Assembly (NCBI GenBank): GCA_900545275.1
Contig: UQYG01000003.1
Coordinates: 99,032 to 163,031, forward strand
Source of the DNA: an uncultured Sutterella sp.
GTDB taxonomy: Bacteria > Pseudomonadota > Gammaproteobacteria > Burkholderiales > Burkholderiaceae_F
Length of the DNA stretch: 64,000 bases
Reading direction: 5' to 3'
Positions 56,267 to 64,000 of this stretch are shown here, piece by piece. Under the pieces are notes generated by a model. That model saw only the letters and a list, made by a program, of their open reading frames with translations, made no database searches and was not told where the DNA came from. The position numbers and the translations under genes were made by a program. Positions within the stretch are counted from its first letter, which is position 1, and every line of letters starts with the position of its first letter.

Positions 56267-57448
56267 TCAGAAGCGGACCAGGAGACCCGAGAGCACTTCG
56301 TAGGCGATCGGATCGGACGAGTCGGTACCGTCCTTCGTGCTGGCGCTGTCCTTCGTGACGCCGGCGCCCACGTAAACTTCCGCCTTCTTCGAGAGCGGAT
56401 AGACGTAGCCGAGCGAGAAGCCGATGCGGTCCGTGTCGCCGAATTTGTCGGCGTTGTCCGTGTAACGGTGGTCAACCGAGGCGTCCATCCAGCCCAAGTT
56501 GGCCTTCACCGTGCCGCCCCAGGCCGGGACCGTGGTGCCCAACTGCAGGCTGTAGCCCTTGAAGGAAACCTGGTTGCCTTCAGCGGCGGTGGTCGTAATC
56601 GACTGCATGCCGTTGTGGCCCTGGAATTCGCTCGCAAGCATGTCGGAGAAGTACATGCCCGAAGCGTAGAGCTTCATGAAGCCGAAGTCGTAGGTCGCGG
56701 CAAGGCTGAAGCTGAGGGAGTCGTCGGGATCGTAGCCGCCCGTTTCGGCAGTGCGGCCGTAGAGAACGGAGTCGAGCACCGCGGCGACGTGCACGGGACC
56801 GCCCGTGTAGGTGGCGCCCAAGGCCCACTGACGGTCGGTGCTGTTCTTGCCTTCTTCTTCCCAGTCGTCGGCGCCGGCGGCGTCAAGCTGGTTCGAATAC
56901 TGGGCATGGAGCTGCAGGCCCGACATGACGGGGGACTGATAGGTGATCGTGTTGTCGCCCGGCTTGAAGCCGCCCGGCATGATGTACTTGGAGCCGACCA
57001 TGTAGTCGCCCCAGGAGTTGCTGAAGGGGGAGACCTTGCCGCCCCAGATGCCGGTCGTGCCGAAACCGCTGCGGAGCATGCCGGAACGGCCGAGAACGAG
57101 GGTGCCGTAGTCGTCCGACATCAGCATGATCTGCGCGGCGCGGTGGAAGAGGCGGTTGCCCGGCATGAGCGAGCCGTCGTCGCTGTTGAACTGGCTTTCG
57201 AGAACGAAGCCGACCTTGAGGCCCTGGCCGAGATCTTCGGTTCCGCGCAGACCCACACGGTTCGGCGTCGACTGCGAGGACTTCATCTGGAACTTGGACA
57301 CGTCGTCCACGCCGGCGCGGTCGGCGTCGACGTGCTGATAGTTGAGGCCCGTGTCGATGAGGCCGTAGACCTCGACGTTGGCGGCTTGGGCGCTGAGAGC
57401 GAAACCTGCAAGAGTCGCGGCAAGTGCGACGGAAAGCTTGGTTTGCAT
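56267..57448 (-). CDS. Outer-membrane porin, paralog 6
   Basis: 393 aa; MQTKLSVALAATLAGFALSAQAANVEVYGLIDTGLNYQ..., C-terminal ...GLLVRF. Confidence 0.85.
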   Translation of the reverse strand: MQTKLSVALAATLAGFALSAQAANVEVYGLIDTGLNYQHVDADRAGVDDVSKFQMKSSQSTPNRVGLRGTEDLGQGLKVGFVLESQFNSDDGSLMPGNRLFHRAAQIMLMSDDYGTLVLGRSGMLRSGFGTTGIWGGKVSPFSNSWGDYMVGSKYIMPGGFKPGDNTITYQSPVMSGLQLHAQYSNQLDAAGADDWEEEGKNSTDRQWALGATYTGGPVHVAAVLDSVLYGRTAETGGYDPDDSLSFSLAATYDFGFMKLYASGMYFSDMLASEFQGHNGMQSITTTAAEGNQVSFKGYSLQLGTTVPAWGGTVKANLGWMDASVDHRYTDNADKFGDTDRIGFSLGYVYPLSKKAEVYVGAGVTKDSASTKDGTDSSDPIAYEVLSGLLVRF

Positions 57449-57525
57449 GAGGGAATCTCCTTTTTGCTGTAGTTGTCCGCGCGGGCGGTTGAGACGTCCG
57501 CACGGGTCGATTCTCTTTCGCGGAC

Positions 57526-57537
57526 TTACGCGCGTAA
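57526..57537. promoter_or_regulatory. Palindrome TTACGCGCGTAA approx. 80 bp upstream of porin 6
   Basis: identical to 54454..54465. Confidence 0.4.
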
Positions 57538-57945
57538 TTTGCGAAAAGACAAAACTTGACGTGTTTGGAGCGGTTGATCGGGAAAGTCCCTATGAGCCGA
57601 GACGTAGACGACGAGTGGGTCGGTACCGTCGTCACCGCCGCAGAGGACTGTCGGGAAGACCTTTCGAATACGCAAGGCGACTCGTTCGAGGTATAAGGTT
57701 CGGGAACTGTGATCGACTTTGCTCCGGGAAGGAGCCTGCCCCGAGCGGGCTTTTCCTTGTGGCGCTTCCTGTTCGTTCGTGTCGGCGCTCAGTCGTCGAA
57801 GACGACGGGAACGGTAGACGCGCCTTCGACCGCGGGGCGCGGCCCCGCATGGGGCTTGGCGTAGACCGCGGGTTCATTTTTGCTCTGCCACCCGTCGAGA
57901 ACCCGGACGACCTCGAGGTGGTTGAGGTCGGCGTAGAGCGCGTGG

Positions 57946-58176
57946 ATGATCCCGATATCCGATCGGGCGCGGGATCGTCGCGATCCGATGACGACGCACG
58001 TCGACCGCATGAAGGCGAATCTCGAGGTCTTCGACTTTTCGCTCTCGAAGGAGGACTTGGAGAGCCTGCGCCCGCTCGACACGCCCGCGGACTTTTGGTG
58101 GTCGCACCGCAATCCTGAACTCGTGAAGTTCCTCCTCCGTTACGACGAAGAGTTCAATCCGGAACGAAAGCGCTGA
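57946..58176 (+). pseudogene. 3' fragment of an aldo/keto reductase gene
   Basis: ...IPISDRA...NLEVFDFSLSKEDLESLRPL resembles AKR C-terminus (IPKS...EN..VFDF.L); no upstream body. Confidence 0.4.
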
Positions 58177-58351
58177 GTTCGTGCCGATTCCTGCACCCCG
58201 ACGGAAAACGCCCCGCCGGGGCTTTTTCGTTCGCGGCGGGGTGCTCGGGACGGGACGGAGCCCGCGTGCGCGCGGGAGAACCGGGGCGGCGGGCGGACCG
58301 TCAGAAGGGCGGATCGTCTTCGTCGGGATTCTCGATGCGTTCGGGGTCCTC

Positions 58352-61300
58352 TTAGGTCTTGTCGTCCCGCAGCACGTCGCTTTCCGTTACCCGCACGAAG
58401 TCCTCCCGGATCGCCGCCAAAAAGGGCGACTCCCGGCACGAGTAGCCCCAGTCGTTCTCAAGGGGCAGGGTGATCGTGATTGTCTTCTTGGCGCGCGAGA
58501 GCGCGACGTAGAACTTGCGCGCGTCCTCCTCCTTGGCTTCGGGGGTGGAACTCTTGAAGAAGGGATAGACGCCGTCCCTCACGTCGGCGATCACGACGTT
58601 GTCGAATTCGAGCCCCTTCGCCTTGTGCACGGTCGAGAGAAAGACGCGGTCGCGCACGACGTCGCTCGAGCAGAGGTCCGCTTCCTTGAGCGAATTGATA
58701 TGGACGAGATAGCGCTGCAGCTGCGAGTAGAGCGTCCGGCTCTTCTCCTTTTCGATCAGCACGCGGTCGAGATAGGCGTAGAGAAGCGGAAGCTTCTTCC
58801 TGATCTCGTCGATCTGGTCTTGCACTTCCGTGTGGTTCGGCAGGCTCTCGATGAATTCGCGCAGCACCTGCACGAGAATCGCCGGGTCTTCGGGGGACTG
58901 CGGGCGGTAGCTCAGGTTTCGGTGCTCTTCGTAGATTTCCGAAAGGGCGCTTCGCAAGGTCTGCGACATGTTGCGGATCGAAGGCCGGAGCAGAAACTTT
59001 CTCTGCTTTTCGACGAGGGGGCGAGCGAGCTCGTAGAAGTGCGCCAAAAGCCCTTCGGTCGCGGCGACGTCGTCGTCGGCCTTGTGCGAATTCACGCCCT
59101 CGACCCCGAGGATGCGGATGAGGTCCTTGAGTTTGTGGGACGGCAGGCGCTTCAAACCCTTTTCGCGGCAGATGACGCGCTCCAGGGCATAGGAGAGGCG
59201 AAGCGTGTCGTAGCGCTTCATGAGCTCCCCGCGGGCGTAGGCGCGCGGGAGCGCGGAGACGTCGACGTCGTCGTCGAAGGCCTTTTTCATGCGGTCCTTC
59301 AGGACCGCGTACTGGGCGTTCACGATGTTGACGTCGTACTCGACGTTGTGCCCGACGACCGGGGCGTCGCCCACGAAGGCGAGGAACTTCTTGAAGGCGA
59401 GGACGGGAGGAAGGAGCGATCCGCGGGCCTTCTCGGCTTCGTACACCTCCACCATCGGGTTCGGAATGTTGCCGAGCATCTTGGGGATCTCGCGCTCGGT
59501 CTTCAGAAAGAGCTCGAGTTTTTCGACGCATCGGCCGCCCCGGAGTTTGCGGGCCGCGATCTGAATGACGTCGTCAAGACCCACTTCGAGCCCCGTCGTC
59601 TCCGTGTCGAAGACGACGAGTTCGCCCCAATAGGCTCGGGTGAAGTCGTCGAGCAGACTCATGGGCTCTTCGGGATTTTCCGCCGAATAGTGAAGCAGGT
59701 CCGAAGGAAGAAGACCGTAGTCGGGGAATTTGCGCGCGAGATAGTCGCGGATGCGCTTCAACGTCGTGTCCTTTCGCGTGAGGCGCGAGATGAGCTGCGC
59801 CCACGGAGCCGTCTGAAAGTCGTCCTTCAGGATTCCGAGGTAGGCCTTGGCGGTCTTCAAAACATTCATGCGGAAGAGGTCGCTGCCCGAAATCTTGAAG
59901 TGCTCGACCTTCTTTTCCTTGAGGCGGTCGCTCAGGGTGTCGGCCATCGCGTTCGAAGGCACGAGTACGGCCGTCGTCTCGCCCTCGGGCGCGCGGAGGG
60001 CAAGCTCGCTCAAAAGCTCGATCTGGTCCTTCGCGTCGCAGGCGGCGAGAAGCCGAAGCGCTCCCTTGGGGGCCTTCGAAATCTTTTCGGCGCGGGGCAA
60101 CAGAGCGGGATCGGCGTCGAGCTCGTTGACGGCGAACTTGTTGAAAAGATCCAGGAGATACGAGGGCGACCGGAAGTTTCGGTGCAGGTGATGCACTTCG
60201 TGCGTGCGGCTCAAGGCCTGAAGCCTCTCGAGCTTCGCGCCGATGAAGGAGAAGATCGCCTGCTGTTCGTCGCCAAAGAAGACGCAGACGCTTAACGGCT
60301 GCTTCTCGTCCCAAAGCCGCTCGACGATCGCGAGCTGAAGGGGCGAAAGATCCTGCACTTCGTCCACCTGAATCCAGGGGTAGCGTTTCACGAAGGAGCG
60401 CTTGTCCGTCAAAAAGAGCCAAGCTTTCAAAAGTAGGTCATTGAAGTCGAGCAACTCCTGCGACTCCTTGTAGGCGAGGTAGTCGCGGGCGATCGTGTCG
60501 ACGCGGTCCTCGTCCATCTTCGGATTGCGGTTTTCGTCGTACGCGACGAGTCCGAAGGCGGCGAGGAGTTTAAAATTCCTTTGGTTCACTTCCGGCGCGG
60601 GCGACTGCTGGATCGTCTCCTCGGGAAAGCCGCGGTTCCTCTGCAGGAGTTCCGCCGCGCGCTGCTGAATGAAGTCGGCGACGAAGCCGGGGAGGGGATC
60701 TTCCGGAAGGGGAAGCCCTTCCGACGCGGGCGGGCGGTCTTCGAGGAGGCGTTCTCGAACGAGCGAGTCGATCACTTCGCGCGCGTCGTCTTCGTCGAGG
60801 ATGGTGGCGGTTTCGGGAACGGCTTCGCTCTCGAACAAGAGTTTCGAGCAGAAGCGGTGGAGGTTTCCGACGTAGAGCTCTCCCATGCTGCGCTCGGGAA
60901 AGTTCTCGACGATTCGCTCCTGCATGCCGCGGGCCGCGCGGTTCGTGAACGTGAGACAGAGCATGTCGGTGAGCGCGACGCCCGATTCGAGGGCGCGGCG
61001 CACGCGCTCCGTCAGAATCTCGGTTTTTCCGCAGCCCGGAGGGGCGAGCACCAGGTGGCGTCCGCTTTGAAGGCCGATCGCCTCTTCCTGATGTCTGTCG
61101 AAGACGATCTTTCGCTTCTCGCCCTTGGCGTTCGTGCGCACGGTTTCAAGCGGCTGAAAGTCGGGGTAGGGGGCGGACGGATCCCGGCAGGAGAGAAGCC
61201 AGCGGGCGATGTCGTAGCCGTGGCGAAGACAGGTCTCCGCGTCCTCCTTCGTGCGGATTTCGTAGTGCCGCTCGTAGGGGACGGAGGTGAGGAGGTCGTT

Positions 61301-61579
61301 CACCTGAAAGTGCGAGGCCTTGTTGCCGTAGCGCTGCAGGAGCGAAAAGCTCGCCGCGGTTTTGCGGGGGACGACGATCGCGAAGTCGTCGCGGCGCATG
61401 AGGGCCCCGAGACCCTCGTCGTCGTCCGTCACGCGAAAGACCGTTTTGAGGACGCCTTCGGCGAACTGCCGCATCCCCTGGACGCTCTCGCGGTAGTGAC
61501 GGTCGCGGAACAGGTCTTCGCAGTGCTCTCCGAGGGCGGAGAGTTCCGGATAGTACGGGGCGAGCGGTTTGAAGTTCAT
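58352..61579 (-). CDS. UvrD/PcrA-like superfamily 1 helicase fused to DnaQ-like 3'-5' exonuclease domain
   Basis: ORF 58352..61630; start MNFKPLAPYY approx. 61579; Walker A LVLAPPGCGKTE; exonuclease motif VVFDTETTGLE...HNVEYD; C-terminal UvrD motifs VHKAKGLEFD. Confidence 0.7.
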   Translation of the reverse strand: MNFKPLAPYYPELSALGEHCEDLFRDRHYRESVQGMRQFAEGVLKTVFRVTDDDEGLGALMRRDDFAIVVPRKTAASFSLLQRYGNKASHFQVNDLLTSVPYERHYEIRTKEDAETCLRHGYDIARWLLSCRDPSAPYPDFQPLETVRTNAKGEKRKIVFDRHQEEAIGLQSGRHLVLAPPGCGKTEILTERVRRALESGVALTDMLCLTFTNRAARGMQERIVENFPERSMGELYVGNLHRFCSKLLFESEAVPETATILDEDDAREVIDSLVRERLLEDRPPASEGLPLPEDPLPGFVADFIQQRAAELLQRNRGFPEETIQQSPAPEVNQRNFKLLAAFGLVAYDENRNPKMDEDRVDTIARDYLAYKESQELLDFNDLLLKAWLFLTDKRSFVKRYPWIQVDEVQDLSPLQLAIVERLWDEKQPLSVCVFFGDEQQAIFSFIGAKLERLQALSRTHEVHHLHRNFRSPSYLLDLFNKFAVNELDADPALLPRAEKISKAPKGALRLLAACDAKDQIELLSELALRAPEGETTAVLVPSNAMADTLSDRLKEKKVEHFKISGSDLFRMNVLKTAKAYLGILKDDFQTAPWAQLISRLTRKDTTLKRIRDYLARKFPDYGLLPSDLLHYSAENPEEPMSLLDDFTRAYWGELVVFDTETTGLEVGLDDVIQIAARKLRGGRCVEKLELFLKTEREIPKMLGNIPNPMVEVYEAEKARGSLLPPVLAFKKFLAFVGDAPVVGHNVEYDVNIVNAQYAVLKDRMKKAFDDDVDVSALPRAYARGELMKRYDTLRLSYALERVICREKGLKRLPSHKLKDLIRILGVEGVNSHKADDDVAATEGLLAHFYELARPLVEKQRKFLLRPSIRNMSQTLRSALSEIYEEHRNLSYRPQSPEDPAILVQVLREFIESLPNHTEVQDQIDEIRKKLPLLYAYLDRVLIEKEKSRTLYSQLQRYLVHINSLKEADLCSSDVVRDRVFLSTVHKAKGLEFDNVVIADVRDGVYPFFKSSTPEAKEEDARKFYVALSRAKKTITITLPLENDWGYSCRESPFLAAIREDFVRVTESDVLRDDKT

Positions 61580-61836
61580 GACGGTGTCCTTTCTTTTTGC
61601 GGCGGCGGAGAGTTGGTCGGGCCGTCGCAACGGGTGGAGGACATTTTATCAGGCGGGGACGGGCGGTCTTTGCGGGCGGGGGGCAAGGATCACTGGGGAG
61701 AACGTCGCGAAGGAACGAGTGAATTGCGAAGGCGTCGTGCGGGCGAGCCTCCGTTTGGCTTCGCTTTGAATTTTCCCGTGAGGGAGCGGGGGCGGGGGCC
61801 GGCGTGTCGGGGCGGCGTCGGAGGTGAATTGGAGGG

Positions 61837-62130
61837 TTAGGCCCCTCGGCCGCTACGGTCGGATTCGCCCGGAACGGCCACCTCCACGGAGGACCAAAGC
61901 CAGTCGGCCCATTCCGGATGTTCTTGGAGGAGGACTTTCGGGGAAGAGGGTTGCGGAACGAATCCTCCGTCTTCGAGCACGGCTTCGAGCCAGAGTTCGG
62001 CCGATTCCTTGGCGTTGGCGTGCGCCTCTTCGAGCGTGTCGCCCGCGGAATAACAGCCGGGGAGGTCCGGGACGATGACGCCGAAGGCGTGGGTTTCGTC
62101 TCCGGGTTCGATGGCGATGGGGTAGCGCAT
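61837..62130 (-). CDS. hicB: HicB-family antitoxin (UPF0150), apparently orphan
   Basis: 97 aa MRYPIAIEPGDETHAFGVIVPDLPGCYSAGDTLEEAHANAKESAELWLE classic HicB N-terminus; no hicA-sized ORF adjacent. Confidence 0.7.
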   Translation of the reverse strand: MRYPIAIEPGDETHAFGVIVPDLPGCYSAGDTLEEAHANAKESAELWLEAVLEDGGFVPQPSSPKVLLQEHPEWADWLWSSVEVAVPGESDRSGRGA

Positions 62131-62222
62131 GAGGGATTTCTCCTTGTGTTGCGGGTGTGTACGGGTGAAAAAAGAGCGCCCGGTTTTGATGCGGGCGCTC
62201 TGCTCAGTCAGACGATCGGAAA

Positions 62223-64000
62223 TCAGAAGTTCCAGGTTGCGCCGACGTTGACGGTCCAGGTGTTTTCCTTATCGCCGCCGAAGTCATGTTTCGCGGCCGC
62301 CCAGAGGCGGGAATCCGGACCCGTTTCCCAGGTCATGCCGAAGACGGTGTCCCACCAGGTGTCGTCGCCCGAGATGTCGTAGCGCACCGTTTCGTCGATG
62401 CCCGTCATCGTGCCGTCGCGGTCGCCCAGCCACTCGTGGAAGACGTCCGCACCCGCCCACACACTCATGTGGCGGCCGGCGTCCGACGTCAAGACCTTGC
62501 CCATGCGCACGCCGAAGCGTCCGATCAGGCTCTGCGTGTCGTCCGTGTCGACGCGGATGCCGTGGTTCGTCTTGTAGTCGTAGTCGGTGATGTAGGTGTA
62601 CTGCAACTGGACTTCCGGCTCGATCCACCAGGCGCTCGACGACTCGAAGCGGTGGCCCGCTTCAAAGGACGCAGCCGCGGCCCAGTAGTCGAAGTTCCCC
62701 TTCATGTCGTAGACCGTGCCGTTGTAGCGCGTGTAGGCGACGTTCGTTTCGGCGTCGTACCAGCCTGCGCGCAACACGGCGTCGTAGTAGACCCCGTTGT
62801 CGCCCATGTAGGTCTGATAGGCGCTCAGACGATAGCGGTCGGCTTCGGATTCGCCCGAGAGGTTGTCGTAGTCGACGTCGCCCTGCGCGACGTCCAACGC
62901 CGCGCCGCGGAAGAGCTTGCCGCCTTCTTCGGGTTTCATCCATTCGTAGCCGAACTGGAAGCCGTCGGTTTCGGCCGTGAAGCCGTCGAGACCGAAGCGG
63001 TCGTGCGTGTAGCGCACCCACCAGCCGTCTTCCTTCGTGGCGTTGAAGGTCATTTCGCCGCGGCGGTCGCGAAGGGTTTCCATCGTGGTCGCCATGAGGT
63101 AGCCCAAGTTGGCGGCGAGTTCCGTCGTGCCGATCACGGCCATGTCCTTGCGGTTTTCGGCTTCGCCCGTGATGAACCAGTTGACGTTTTGGTCGTGCCA
63201 GTCGAGGCCCTGGTCATACGTGTAGCTGCCGTCGTAATAGCCCAGACCGTCTTCTCCTTCCGTTTTTTCGTCCTTCACGACGCGGTAGGCCGTGTAGGTC
63301 GTGCGGCCTTCGCCGTAGGATTCGGCGGTGACGTTCACCGAGTCCGGAACGCGGGCCACCTGGATGTAGGTGAGCGGCTTGTTCGGATCGATCGTGAGCT
63401 TGTGCTCGTCGCCGATGCCGTCGTTCCAGAGGACGAGGTTGAGGTCGAAAGTCTGTCCCTCACGCTTGATGTTGTCAGCGCCGCGCATTTCGTCGACGAT
63501 CACGAGGTCGTGGTGCTTCGCGTCCCTCGCGTAGATGCGGAAGTTGCCCCACTTCCCGTTGAGCGCCTGAACGCGGAACTTCTTGATGCCGTTGCCATTG
63601 GCGTCCTCGACTTCAATCGTTTCGCCCGGGCGGATCAAGCCGAGGTCTTCCTGTGCCGTCGACATCTGGAAGTCACGGCGCAGGTAGGAGAGGTCCACCG
63701 TGCCGCCGTCAAGCTTCAAGTGATAGACGCCGGCGTCGACGGTCGTGTAAGTTTGGTGCCCCTGATCATCCCTGGGCTTTTCGTTCGCCACTTTGATGGA
63801 GTCGGGAACCTCCCCTTCTTTGAGATGGTCGAGGCGATCAAGATCGTTGATCTTTCCCGAATCAACAGATTCCCCATCCGCCGGGACCGGTTGGTTCGCG
63901 GGCTCGTAACTTCCGTTCTCGGCTTTGACGTGCAGGTTGTACTGGTCGGACGTGTCGTAGTACTCGTAGCCGGTGTTGACGGTGCCGTAATCGTTGTTGC
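62223..64000 (-). CDS. Autotransporter (beta-barrel translocator at C-terminus); 5' end beyond window
   Basis: C-terminal approx. 280 aa beta-domain ending ...NVGATWNF; frame remains open upstream of the annotated GTG at 63791 to the window edge. Confidence 0.7.
   Translation of the reverse strand, partial: NNDYGTVNTGYEYYDTSDQYNLHVKAENGSYEPANQPVPADGESVDSGKINDLDRLDHLKEGEVPDSIKVANEKPRDDQGHQTYTTVDAGVYHLKLDGGTVDLSYLRRDFQMSTAQEDLGLIRPGETIEVEDANGNGIKKFRVQALNGKWGNFRIYARDAKHHDLVIVDEMRGADNIKREGQTFDLNLVLWNDGIGDEHKLTIDPNKPLTYIQVARVPDSVNVTAESYGEGRTTYTAYRVVKDEKTEGEDGLGYYDGSYTYDQGLDWHDQNVNWFITGEAENRKDMAVIGTTELAANLGYLMATTMETLRDRRGEMTFNATKEDGWWVRYTHDRFGLDGFTAETDGFQFGYEWMKPEEGGKLFRGAALDVAQGDVDYDNLSGESEADRYRLSAYQTYMGDNGVYYDAVLRAGWYDAETNVAYTRYNGTVYDMKGNFDYWAAAASFEAGHRFESSSAWWIEPEVQLQYTYITDYDYKTNHGIRVDTDDTQSLIGRFGVRMGKVLTSDAGRHMSVWAGADVFHEWLGDRDGTMTGIDETVRYDISGDDTWWDTVFGMTWETGPDSRLWAAAKHDFGGDKENTWTVNVGATWNF

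Noticed and set aside
58181-60295. 704 aa plus-strand ORF
   Set aside because: Antisense to the helicase-exonuclease gene.

Overview
This 64 kb window is GC-rich (about 60-65%) and looks like chromosome from a Gram-negative bacterium. The porin family, the Tat-exported flavocytochromes and the base composition tentatively suggest a Sutterella/Parasutterella-like betaproteobacterium. The contents, in order:

- **Both ends:** autotransporter genes, the right-hand one running off the window edge.
- **Left third:** housekeeping and accessory genes (hipA-like kinase, L-asparaginase, M20 amidohydrolase, ABC substrate-binding protein, a P1B-type ATPase with an SCA motif, SDR, DMT transporters).
- **Porins:** five tandem porin paralogs at 15.9-24.8 kb, sharing duplicated 5' and 3' flanks and carrying homopolymeric G tracts upstream of two copies. 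A sixth porin lies at 56.3 kb.
- **Core (29.8-46.6 kb):**
  - A complete type III-A CRISPR-Cas locus on the minus strand: cas10, csm2-5, cas6, cas1, two cas2 genes, a Can2/Card1-like nuclease, a Csx16-like protein and a CARF protein. Its 5-repeat array sits inside the operon, and the cas6 stop codon lies within the terminal repeat.
  - Downstream of it, three paralogous HNH-nuclease cassettes: one full-length, membrane-anchored-looking 258 aa gene and two 5'-truncated copies. Each is followed by a degraded copy of the cas6 3' end (a leader-like element) plus CRISPR repeats.
  - An approximately 1.8 kb IS element, AT-rich and bounded by inverted repeats, is inserted at the end of one mini-array.
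- **Right third:** a sodium:neurotransmitter-symporter-family transporter, a patatin-like phospholipase, gene fragments, two Tat-signal flavocytochrome-type reductases, a GNAT/RHH toxin-antitoxin pair, a UvrD-like helicase fused to a DnaQ-like exonuclease, and an orphan hicB.

The juxtaposition of HNH cassettes with cas6-remnant elements and repeats is the most unusual feature and, as far as I know, is not a described arrangement.
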